Source: Thermodesulfovibrionales bacterium (GTDB lineage: Bacteria; Nitrospirota; Thermodesulfovibrionia; Thermodesulfovibrionales; Dissulfurispiraceae). From it: 64,000 bases of DNA. Below are positions 44,614 through 52,200 of this stretch, in pieces. A model generated the notes under the pieces. The model had not been told where the DNA came from, searched no databases, and was given only the letters and a program-made list of their open reading frames with translations. The translations under genes were made by a program, and so were the position numbers. The stretch is from positions 15,672 to 79,671 of the forward strand of contig JAGUWD010000029.1 of NCBI GenBank assembly GCA_020062545.1, read 5' to 3'. Position 1 is the first letter of the stretch; each line of letters opens with the position of its first letter.

Positions 44614-45696
44614 ATGTTATTTACAAAAATCTTACCACAAAAAAAAGAACAGGTAAAGGTAAAGGGGAAAAAAATATTTTTTAACTGTCTATTATTGCTC
44701 TTTACCTCTACCTTTACCTTTACCTGTCTCTCTTGTGCTCCTAAAACAGAGCAAGTCGAATTATTCTGGCCGCAGCCGCCTGATGAGCCGAGGATTAAGT
44801 GGGTTGGATGGATAAGGGGAGAGAAGGATGTCGTTGGAGAAACAGGCAAGGAATGGCTGATGAGGTCAGTGGTTGGCGAGGGAACAGATGTTCTCCTTGC
44901 ACGGCCATACAGTGTCTTTGCTTCAAAAGGCAGGGTTTATGTGGCAGACACTGGGGGCTCGAAGATAGCAGTATACGATACGGTTAACAAAAAGGCGTAC
45001 TATATAGGTAAAAAGGCAGGTATCGGTGGTCTTAGTAAGCCAATCGGTGTGGTTGTTGATGGGGAAGGCAATATATACGTAACCGACTCATCACAGGACA
45101 GGGTAATAGTTTACAACCAGAACGGCGATTACAAATATACCCTTAATAAGAAAGGGCAATTTAAGCAGCCAACCGGAATAGCTATCAATGAATCCCTCGG
45201 TAGGATATATGTAGTTGATACACACAGACACAATGTAACTGCAATGAATAAAAATGGCGATATGCTTTTTGAATTCGGCAAAAGGGGAAGTAACGAGGGT
45301 GAATTTAATTATCCCAACAGTATTTATGTTGACAGGCGCGGATTGGTTTATGTCAGCGATACCCTGAACTTCAGAGTGCAGATATTCGATCCCGATGGAA
45401 AGTTTATCAGGCAGATAGGCTCCATAGGCGATACCCCCGGAAGACTTGCAAGGCCGAAAGGTGTAGCTGTAGACTCTGACGGAAATACATATATCGTGGA
45501 TGCTGCCTTTAATAATGTCCAGATATTCGACAGGGAAGGCACCTTACTGCTCTTCTTCAGCTCTATGGGCATAGGGCCGGGCAAATTATGGCTTCCGTCA
45601 GGAATCTTTATAGACGAAAAAGACACGATCTATATAGCAGACCAATTAAACAGACGGATAGATATATTCCAATACCTTCGCCATTTCCCTCACTAA
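44614..45696 (+). CDS. NHL-repeat six-bladed beta-propeller lipoprotein (paralogue 1)
   Basis: LSC lipobox; repeated ..P.G(I/V)A(V/I)D..G.IYV(A/T)D..N.R(V/I)Q(I/V)F.. blades; start may be ATG 44587. Confidence 0.85.
   Translation: MLFTKILPQKKEQVKVKGKKIFFNCLLLLFTSTFTFTCLSCAPKTEQVELFWPQPPDEPRIKWVGWIRGEKDVVGETGKEWLMRSVVGEGTDVLLARPYSVFASKGRVYVADTGGSKIAVYDTVNKKAYYIGKKAGIGGLSKPIGVVVDGEGNIYVTDSSQDRVIVYNQNGDYKYTLNKKGQFKQPTGIAINESLGRIYVVDTHRHNVTAMNKNGDMLFEFGKRGSNEGEFNYPNSIYVDRRGLVYVSDTLNFRVQIFDPDGKFIRQIGSIGDTPGRLARPKGVAVDSDGNTYIVDAAFNNVQIFDREGTLLLFFSSMGIGPGKLWLPSGIFIDEKDTIYIADQLNRRIDIFQYLRHFPH
44650..44726 (+). repeat. GGTAAA/TTTACC hexamer palindrome inside the NHL1 signal-peptide coding region
   Basis: caggtaaaggtaaagg (44650-44665) is the perfect inverted complement of cctttacctttacctg (44711-44726). 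Confidence 0.85.
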
Positions 45697-45720
45697 CTGT
45701 GTGATATTACGCACCTATAT

Positions 45721-45779
45721 AGCTCGTAGCTCATGGCTCATTGTTCATAGCTCACTGTTCGCGGCTTACAGTTTGCAGC
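45721..45779. repeat. heptamer array (left arm)
   Basis: agctcgt agctcat ggctcat tgttcat agctcac tgttcgc ggcttac agtttgc. Confidence 0.8.
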
Positions 45780-45798
45780 ATAAATAGTGTTTTAAGAT

Positions 45799-45879
45799 GT
45801 CATTGCGAGGCGTTAGCCCGAGGCAATCTCAAAAATATCTGAAAAAACAAATAGATTGATTCGTTTTGCTCGCAATGAC
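45799..45879. mobile_element. 81-bp gene-less derivative of the GIY-YIG cassette (MITE-like inverted-repeat pair)
   Basis: gtcattgcgaggcgttagcccgaggcaatctc ... agattgattcgttttgctcgcaatgac; same termini (GTCATTGCGAG ... CAATCT) as the repeats flanking the GIY-YIG gene at 59221-59565. Confidence 0.7.
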
Positions 45880-45889
45880 AATTAATCAA

Positions 45890-45919
45890 GCCGTGAACTG
45901 TGAACCGTGAACAGTAAAC
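45890..45919. repeat. GTGAAC heptamer array (right arm)
   Basis: gccgtga actgtga accgtga acagtaa. Confidence 0.8.
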
Positions 45920-45928
45920 TTTTTCATC

Positions 45929-45944
45929 TGGCATGGGCTTTGCT
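45929..45944 (+). promoter_or_regulatory. sigma-54 (-24/-12) promoter
   Basis: TGGCAT-gggct-TTGCT, matching TGGCAC-N5-TTGCW; about 95 nt before ATG 46041. Confidence 0.7.
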
Positions 45945-46040
45945 TATAAATTGTCAAGAAGTTTGAAATAAATTTATAGGGGTGGAGATATTATGAAAAA
46001 CTTAACAATCTTTAAAACCAAAAAACGGGAGGTGAGTAAG

Positions 46041-46736
46041 ATGAAAGGAAAAATCTTAGTAGTAATGGTAGTAGCAATCGCACTTTTAGGTGCAGGTGTA
46101 GCATTGGCAGGCATTTCAGCCACAAAGCATAACCTGTCAGCAAGTGGTCCTGGCACAGTAAAGGCAAACGCAGGACAGCAGAACGATGAAATCTGTGTGT
46201 ACTGCCATACCCCGCACTTTGCCAACACAGGTTTTACAGGAGCACCGCTCTGGAATAAGGCAACTCCATCGGCCACTTATACTATGTATGGAACAACCAT
46301 AGCAGGTTCAACACCTGATGCGACACCGAACGGCATTACAAAGGCATGTCTTTCCTGCCATGATGGCGTAAGTGCACTCAACTCAATAGTCAACCAGGCA
46401 GGCTCAGGTGGAGTTACCGCTGGTGGATATAATGTGGCATTTGGTGCAACAGCAGCAGGAACAGCATTCACAATGCCCGCTGGCGCAACCAATATTGGAA
46501 CAAATTTAGCTGACGACCATCCAGTATCGATTACTTATACTGCTGGCAATGCAAGCCTTAAGGCAACATCAACGACACTTACAGGCTGGACAGGCGCTAC
46601 AACAATAGCAAATTTGCTCAGAAATGGAAAGGTTGAGTGTTCGAGCTGCCATGATCCGCACACAAGCACAAATGGCTTGTTCTTGAGGGTATCCAACTCT
46701 GGAAGCGCACTTTGCCTTGGCTGTCACGGGAAATAA
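46041..46736 (+). CDS. secreted tetrahaem cytochrome c, Thr/Gly/Ala-rich (small-cytochrome family member 1)
   Basis: CVYCH CLSCH CSSCH CLGCH; signal peptide ..GVALAG; RBS gggagg before ATG 46041. Confidence 0.88.
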   Translation: MKGKILVVMVVAIALLGAGVALAGISATKHNLSASGPGTVKANAGQQNDEICVYCHTPHFANTGFTGAPLWNKATPSATYTMYGTTIAGSTPDATPNGITKACLSCHDGVSALNSIVNQAGSGGVTAGGYNVAFGATAAGTAFTMPAGATNIGTNLADDHPVSITYTAGNASLKATSTTLTGWTGATTIANLLRNGKVECSSCHDPHTSTNGLFLRVSNSGSALCLGCHGK

Positions 46737-46750
46737 TGCGATTTCTTCAA

Positions 46751-46781
46751 AAAAAGGGGAGATATTCTCCCCTTTTTTTTT
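46751..46781. terminator. intrinsic terminator
   Basis: ggggaga tat tctcccc stem-loop flanked by an A-run and TTTTTTTTT. Confidence 0.8.
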
Positions 46782-46820
46782 GAGTTCTGAGTTTGCCATA
46801 TATATGGTAAGATTAAAAAA

Positions 46821-46878
46821 AGTTCACATTTTATAGTTCACAGCAGAAGACTTTTTTCCAAACAGTGAACAGTGAACT
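46821..46878. repeat. GTTCAC/GTGAAC heptamer palindrome
   Basis: agttcacattttatagttcacag ... acagtgaacagtgaact. Confidence 0.7.
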
Positions 46879-46886
46879 ATTCTGCT

Positions 46887-47069
46887 ATGGAAAAGACCAC
46901 AATATACTTGGATAAAGACATAAAGATGCATCTGCTCGAAATGGTTGCCGATATAAGCAAAAGACAGGGCAAGAGGGCTGCCATGTCTGATATAATACGC
47001 GATGCATTAAGAGAATACTTTGAAAGACAGGAACAGGAAAAGGTAAAGGAGGATGATAGGTATGAGTAA
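46887..47069 (+). CDS. ribbon-helix-helix (CopG/antitoxin-like) protein with no adjacent toxin
   Basis: MEKTTIYLDKDIKMHLLEMVA...DIIRDALREYF RHH pattern. Confidence 0.6.
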   Translation: MEKTTIYLDKDIKMHLLEMVADISKRQGKRAAMSDIIRDALREYFERQEQEKVKEDDRYE

Positions 47070-48156
47070 ACAGAAACAGATAAAGGTAAAGATGAAAAAA
47101 CTTTTAGAAAGATTTACCTTTTTACTGTTTTTCTTTGCCTTTACCTTAGCCTGTTTCTCCTGTGCTCCGCCTGCAGTTAAGGAAGTCAAGCTTATCTGGC
47201 CATCACCCCCTGAGGAACCGAAATTGGCATATGTGAACAGCTATAAAGGAGAAAGCGATTTTAAAAAGAAAGGTTTTTTTGAAGCTGTTCTGGGTGAGAC
47301 AATGTTCAGCACCGACCTCCAGAAGCCTTATGGCGTTACTGCTTATGGAGACAAGATGTATGTTACGGATACGCAGAGTGCGGTTGTATTTGTTTTTGAC
47401 CTGAAGGAGCAGAAAGTAACCTTTATGGGACATAAGGATATGGGCAAACTTGCCCTTCCAGCAGGCGTTGCTGTTTCATCTGACGGCATCATCTTTGTGT
47501 CAGATGCAAAACAGAAGAGGGTATTCGGTTATGATGCAAACGGCAATTTAAAGATAGCCCTCGGGAAAAAGGATGAATTTAAAAATCCCGGCGGTATTGC
47601 CATAAACAATGATATTGGAAGGCTATATGTAGTTGACAGTTACGGACACATGGTTCATGTTTACTCCACGAAGGGTGATCCACTTTTTACCTTTGGCAAA
47701 AGAGGGGACGGGGATGGGGAGTTCAATTATCCGTCCAATGTAGCTATCGAGAGAAAGACAGGCAATATCTATATAGTGGATACACAGAACTTCAGGGTAC
47801 AGGTTTTTGATAAGGACGGAAAATTTATAAAGAGATTCGGGCAGATCGGCGATGTGCCCGGCACTTTTACAAGGCCTAAAGGCATCGGCATTGACAGCGA
47901 AGGCCATATTTATGTGGCTGACGCTGCATTTGACAACCTCCAGATATTCGATGACAAGGGGCAGATACTTCTTTTCATTGGAGGCCCCGGACATGAGCCT
48001 GGATATTTCTGGCTTCCTGCAGGCGTGTATGTGGATGAAAAGGACAGGGTATATATCGTAGATTCTTTTAACCATAGAGTTCAGGTGCTCCAGTATCTGA
48101 GCGAAAAGTGGAAGAAGGAAAATCCTGAAAAATACAAAGAATACTTAATGAAATAA
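47062..48156 (+). CDS. NHL-repeat beta-propeller lipoprotein (paralogue 2)
   Basis: FSC lipobox; same blade pattern and WP.PPEEPK motif as paralogues 1 and 3; overlaps the RHH stop by 8 nt. Confidence 0.85.
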   Translation: MSKQKQIKVKMKKLLERFTFLLFFFAFTLACFSCAPPAVKEVKLIWPSPPEEPKLAYVNSYKGESDFKKKGFFEAVLGETMFSTDLQKPYGVTAYGDKMYVTDTQSAVVFVFDLKEQKVTFMGHKDMGKLALPAGVAVSSDGIIFVSDAKQKRVFGYDANGNLKIALGKKDEFKNPGGIAINNDIGRLYVVDSYGHMVHVYSTKGDPLFTFGKRGDGDGEFNYPSNVAIERKTGNIYIVDTQNFRVQVFDKDGKFIKRFGQIGDVPGTFTRPKGIGIDSEGHIYVADAAFDNLQIFDDKGQILLFIGGPGHEPGYFWLPAGVYVDEKDRVYIVDSFNHRVQVLQYLSEKWKKENPEKYKEYLMK

Positions 48157-48161
48157 GACAG

Positions 48162-49106
48162 ATGAAAATCTTAATTTTAGTTTTAACCTTGACCTTAACC
48201 TCAACCTATTCTTTTGCCTCTGATTTGAAGGAGAGTAAGGTTGTAGCAACTGTGAACGGCTCTGCAATTACCCGCGCCGATCTGGACATGGAGGTAAACA
48301 GGCTGTTGCCACAGGAGCTTTATCACCGTAGCGTTACGCCGAAAAAACAGGCAGAGGTAGAGAAGAAGGCCATTGAGAATCTCATCAATGCAGAGCTTTT
48401 AAATGCAGAGGCAAAAAGGCAGGGACTAAAGATCGATAATTTGGAGTTCAAAAAAAGAATTGATGCTGTTAAGGCGTCTTATCAGACCAAAAAGGCATTT
48501 GAGGACGCGCTGAAAAAGAGCGGCTTGACTGCCTCTGTTTTTGAGGAAAAGGTCAGGGAAGGCATGATGGTGGAAAAGCTTATCGAGAAGGAAGTGAAGG
48601 TCTCGCTTACAGATAAAGACCTTGAGGACTATTACAAAAAGCATACGGAGAAATTTAAAGAACCAGAGGCAGTGAGACTCGGGTATGTATATATAAAGAT
48701 AAACCCATCGGAGCCGGATGGAAAGAAAAAGGCAAAGGAGAGGGCAAAAGAGGCATATTCCAAGATCAGGTCCGGAGCGGACTTTGCCCAAATTGCACAG
48801 ATGTATTCCAATGATATGAGCAGGATTAAGGGTGGAGACGTGGGATTTGTCCACAGAGGCACAATGCCACATGACATCGAAAAGGCGGCTTTTTCTTTGA
48901 AAGCAGGACAGGTGAGCGAAATCCTCGAGACCGATATCGGATACCATATAATCAAGGTCGAGGAAAAGAGGGCATCAAGGCATGTCCAGTTCAAGGAGAT
49001 AAAAGACAAGCTCAGAAAAGAGCTTACAGAATCCATGCAAAAAGAGAGACTGGAAGGTCTTATAAAAAGACTAAGAGAAAATGCAAAGATACAATATATA
49101 CAATAA
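48162..49106 (+). CDS. SurA/PrsA-like parvulin-type peptidyl-prolyl isomerase
   Basis: Signal peptide; SurA-N-like helical part; parvulin core GGDVGFV..G.....E.AAFSLKAGQVSEILETDIGYHIIKVEE. Confidence 0.85.
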   Translation: MKILILVLTLTLTSTYSFASDLKESKVVATVNGSAITRADLDMEVNRLLPQELYHRSVTPKKQAEVEKKAIENLINAELLNAEAKRQGLKIDNLEFKKRIDAVKASYQTKKAFEDALKKSGLTASVFEEKVREGMMVEKLIEKEVKVSLTDKDLEDYYKKHTEKFKEPEAVRLGYVYIKINPSEPDGKKKAKERAKEAYSKIRSGADFAQIAQMYSNDMSRIKGGDVGFVHRGTMPHDIEKAAFSLKAGQVSEILETDIGYHIIKVEEKRASRHVQFKEIKDKLRKELTESMQKERLEGLIKRLRENAKIQYIQ

Positions 49107-49142
49107 AGACAGGTTGGGGCTGGTGAAGAGGAAAAAAGATGG

Positions 49143-50882
49143 GTGGAAAGGGGGTCCCCAAAAAGTCGCAGACTTTTTGGGGTAATGGTGTTGTTGAGGG
49201 GGATATGGATTTATGCCCTGGCAGGCACTACTATATATATGATTAGCCTTGTGTTTCCTTTGATAACATTTGCACAGAAAACCGGCGGTCTTTCCGGACT
49301 TATCCAACTAACGTACCAGAAGGACAGGAATAAAGACATCGGCGCTGAGTCCGAGAAAAACACATTTACTCAAGAGTATAAATTACAGTATCAGGGACAT
49401 GTTTACAGTCCGAGGCTTTTGATGTATAACATTGGGGGAACTTTCAGGAAAGAGGATTCTGATACAGAAGAGTCCCGTGCTGGAAATACATCTACAAAAA
49501 CAAAGAGCAAGGATTACAATCTCAAGCTGGACTTTATTCAGGGGACAAAATATCCTTTTACCATATTTAAAGAAAAAATAGAATTGCCCACATGGACGAT
49601 TCAACCCGAGCAGACATTTCAGACAAAGCAAACCTCTGACAGATATGGGCTTTTCGGCAATGCATTTCTTGGCAAGGGTATAAACATGAGGTATGACATT
49701 CGTAAGGACAATACGAGGACGACCGGACAAACCGAAGGAACTGACCAGAGGAACAGGAGTTTTCTGTTTGGAATTGACAGCAGGAAGGAAGACAAATTTA
49801 TAGATACTTCATATAATTACCAGCATAATTTTGAAAAAAGTAAAAACCAATTTGAGGCAATTAACGATGCTAAGGTCTCCTGGGGATTAAGGGGCAAAAC
49901 CACAAACTTCAATATGGATATGAGTTACAACGACAACAGTTTTACTGAGTTTACGACTACCACGGCTAATATGAACCTGAACTATATGCCGTCAACGGAT
50001 TTTAATTCTAATTTCAGTCTTTATGGCAACAAAATAGAGCAAAAAGAAAATAGAGGATATTTTACAACACTTTTTGAAAACACAACATACAGAATTAGCC
50101 CTTATCTTACAACAAACCAGAACCTCATGTTGTATAAAAGCACCGGGGATTTTGGAAACGATGCTACGGAATCGCTGACTCTCGGCCTCGTATTCACTAA
50201 ACAGGCGCCTCAGGGTATCACCTATTCTGCTGATACTTCCGTAAACGGGACCGCACAGCAGTCAAGTACAACAAAAGACAGGAATTCCACATTCTACTCT
50301 TTAGGTGCGCGTGTGTCGAAGTTTTTCGAAAAGATAAGCTCAGAGGTTAATGCAGGCGGTTCCTATTATTACTACAATTCATCCCTTGGTGGAAGAACTA
50401 CGAGATATGCATTTAACGGAGGCTTTATAAGCCGCTTTATAAAAAACATGACACTCCAGAGCCTCCTCAATTTTACCGAGGAAGACACCATTGGCGATGA
50501 AATAGAAGGTGCATCGTCAGAGTCGAAGACGAAGCGTCTTATCTCTGACAATTCCATAGGCTACTTTCTGCAACTCGGCTTTAGAGGCAGTCTTGATGCA
50601 AAGGTTGGTGCTATCTTTGAAAAAGGCACCACTCCGAGGACATTTAGATATGGCACCTTAACCTTCAGATATGCCATGAGGAGGGATCTGTCGGCAAATG
50701 CAGGATTGAACTTTTACAAGGAAAATATTAATAACACACGGACAATTACAGGCTTTCTGGGTGTAGAATATAAATTAAGGGGTATTACAATGAATCTTAG
50801 AAATGAACTATGGAAAGAGAAAGGGACTACAGGGACTAAAACCAGGTCTTCAACATTTTTGCAGGCATCAAGACCGTTTTAA
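49143..50882 (+). CDS. outer-membrane beta-barrel (porin-like) protein
   Basis: Signal peptide ..LITFAQ; long run of alternating-polarity strands rich in Y/N/T/G; C-terminal ...FLQASRPF (terminal Phe); start position uncertain. Confidence 0.65.
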   Translation: MERGSPKSRRLFGVMVLLRGIWIYALAGTTIYMISLVFPLITFAQKTGGLSGLIQLTYQKDRNKDIGAESEKNTFTQEYKLQYQGHVYSPRLLMYNIGGTFRKEDSDTEESRAGNTSTKTKSKDYNLKLDFIQGTKYPFTIFKEKIELPTWTIQPEQTFQTKQTSDRYGLFGNAFLGKGINMRYDIRKDNTRTTGQTEGTDQRNRSFLFGIDSRKEDKFIDTSYNYQHNFEKSKNQFEAINDAKVSWGLRGKTTNFNMDMSYNDNSFTEFTTTTANMNLNYMPSTDFNSNFSLYGNKIEQKENRGYFTTLFENTTYRISPYLTTNQNLMLYKSTGDFGNDATESLTLGLVFTKQAPQGITYSADTSVNGTAQQSSTTKDRNSTFYSLGARVSKFFEKISSEVNAGGSYYYYNSSLGGRTTRYAFNGGFISRFIKNMTLQSLLNFTEEDTIGDEIEGASSESKTKRLISDNSIGYFLQLGFRGSLDAKVGAIFEKGTTPRTFRYGTLTFRYAMRRDLSANAGLNFYKENINNTRTITGFLGVEYKLRGITMNLRNELWKEKGTTGTKTRSSTFLQASRPF

Positions 50883-50885
50883 AGG

Positions 50886-50970
50886 GTGTTCACAGTTGAC
50901 AGTTTATTGTTCACTGTTAAAACATAAATGCTAAATGCATTGAGAAATCCTATCCGTGAACAGTGAACAC
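50886..50970. repeat. GTTCAC/GTGAAC heptamer palindrome
   Basis: gtgttcacagttgacagtttattgttcactgtt ... ccgtgaacagtgaacac. Confidence 0.75.
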
Positions 50971-50998
50971 AAAAATAATCGACGGGGAGCTATAAAAG

Positions 50999-52072
50999 AT
51001 GATGAGAAAAACAGTAATTGCAATAATAACATTGGTTTTGGTCATAACTACCTTAACCTATTCTTTTGCCATGGGACCAAAGATTGAAAAGAAAAAGGAG
51101 CACATAGTATGGCCGCCGCCGCCATGGGAGCCGAGGATAGAATTTCTGTACACCATTACAACACCAGATGACTTTGATATTAAAAAGGGCTTTTTCCGTC
51201 GCTTGTGGGAGTTTGTCGCCGGTGAGTCGAGGGAGGGTGTTGTAAAGCCATTTGGAGTCTTTGCAGATGACAGCGGCAGGGTATATGTTACAGATACTGC
51301 TGATCAGTCGGTGCATGTATTTGACCCAAAAGACAATAATTATTTTGTTGTCGAGGGAATAAACAAGAAGTCCCGCCTCACCTCACCCATCAGCGTGGCA
51401 ACAGACGCTGAAAGGAATATCTATGTGTCTGATTCGGTTATAAGAAGGGTGTACGTTTTTAATGAAAAAGGAAAATTTATCAGGGAGATAGGCTCAGGCA
51501 ATGCTATGCAGAGACCTACAGGTATTGCCATAGATAAGGCATCGGGAATCCTCTATGTCGTCGATACCCTTGCCAGCAAAATCTTTGTTTATAGCCTTGA
51601 CGGCAAACATATAAAGACCATTGGAGAGTACGGGGGTGGTAATGGCCAGTTCAATCGTCCAACCTTTATTGCAATCGGAAAGGATGGGAACCTGTACATC
51701 ACGGACACAATGAACGTGAGGGTGCAGATAATTGATAAAAACGGGAAATTTATCGGGAAGTTCGGTAAAAGAGGCGATGGAACAGGCGATCTGGCAAATC
51801 CGAGAGGAATTGCTCTCGACAGCGAAGGGCACATTTATATTACAGATACCATCCTTGAGGCAGTACAGATATTCGATAAGTCAGGACGGCTTCTCCTCGT
51901 ATTCGGCAGAAGAGGGACGAACAGCGGCGAATTTGCCTTGCCGGCAGGTATAAGCATTTCAAATGATGATAAAATATATGTAGCAGATTCTTATAACATG
52001 AGAATACAGGTATTCAGGTATCTAAAAACAGGCAGAGGTATAGGTAAAGGTGAGGATGGAAAAAGCAAATAA
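50999..52072 (+). CDS. NHL-repeat beta-propeller protein (paralogue 3)
   Basis: Signal peptide ..TLTYSFAMG; WPPPPWEPRI motif; six NHL-like blades. Confidence 0.85.
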   Translation: MMRKTVIAIITLVLVITTLTYSFAMGPKIEKKKEHIVWPPPPWEPRIEFLYTITTPDDFDIKKGFFRRLWEFVAGESREGVVKPFGVFADDSGRVYVTDTADQSVHVFDPKDNNYFVVEGINKKSRLTSPISVATDAERNIYVSDSVIRRVYVFNEKGKFIREIGSGNAMQRPTGIAIDKASGILYVVDTLASKIFVYSLDGKHIKTIGEYGGGNGQFNRPTFIAIGKDGNLYITDTMNVRVQIIDKNGKFIGKFGKRGDGTGDLANPRGIALDSEGHIYITDTILEAVQIFDKSGRLLLVFGRRGTNSGEFALPAGISISNDDKIYVADSYNMRIQVFRYLKTGRGIGKGEDGKSK

Positions 52073-52110
52073 AAAACAAGTATTTAGTTCTTTACCACTA
52101 CCTTTACCGG
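52031..52110. repeat. GGTAAA/TTTACC hexamer palindrome spanning the NHL3 stop codon
   Basis: ggcagaggtataggtaaaggtgagg (encodes the GRGIGKGED tail) ... ctttaccactacctttaccgg. Confidence 0.75.
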
Positions 52111-52126
52111 TTTACTGTCTTAATTG

Positions 52127-52142
52127 TGGCACTAAATTTGCT
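52127..52142 (+). promoter_or_regulatory. sigma-54 (-24/-12) promoter
   Basis: TGGCAC-taaat-TTGCT, an exact match to the consensus; about 60 nt before ATG 52201. Confidence 0.75.
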
Positions 52143-52200
52143 TAATAACTTTTAGAGAAATGTGTTGAAAGAGACCGTTCAATAACTGAAGGGGGTTTAG

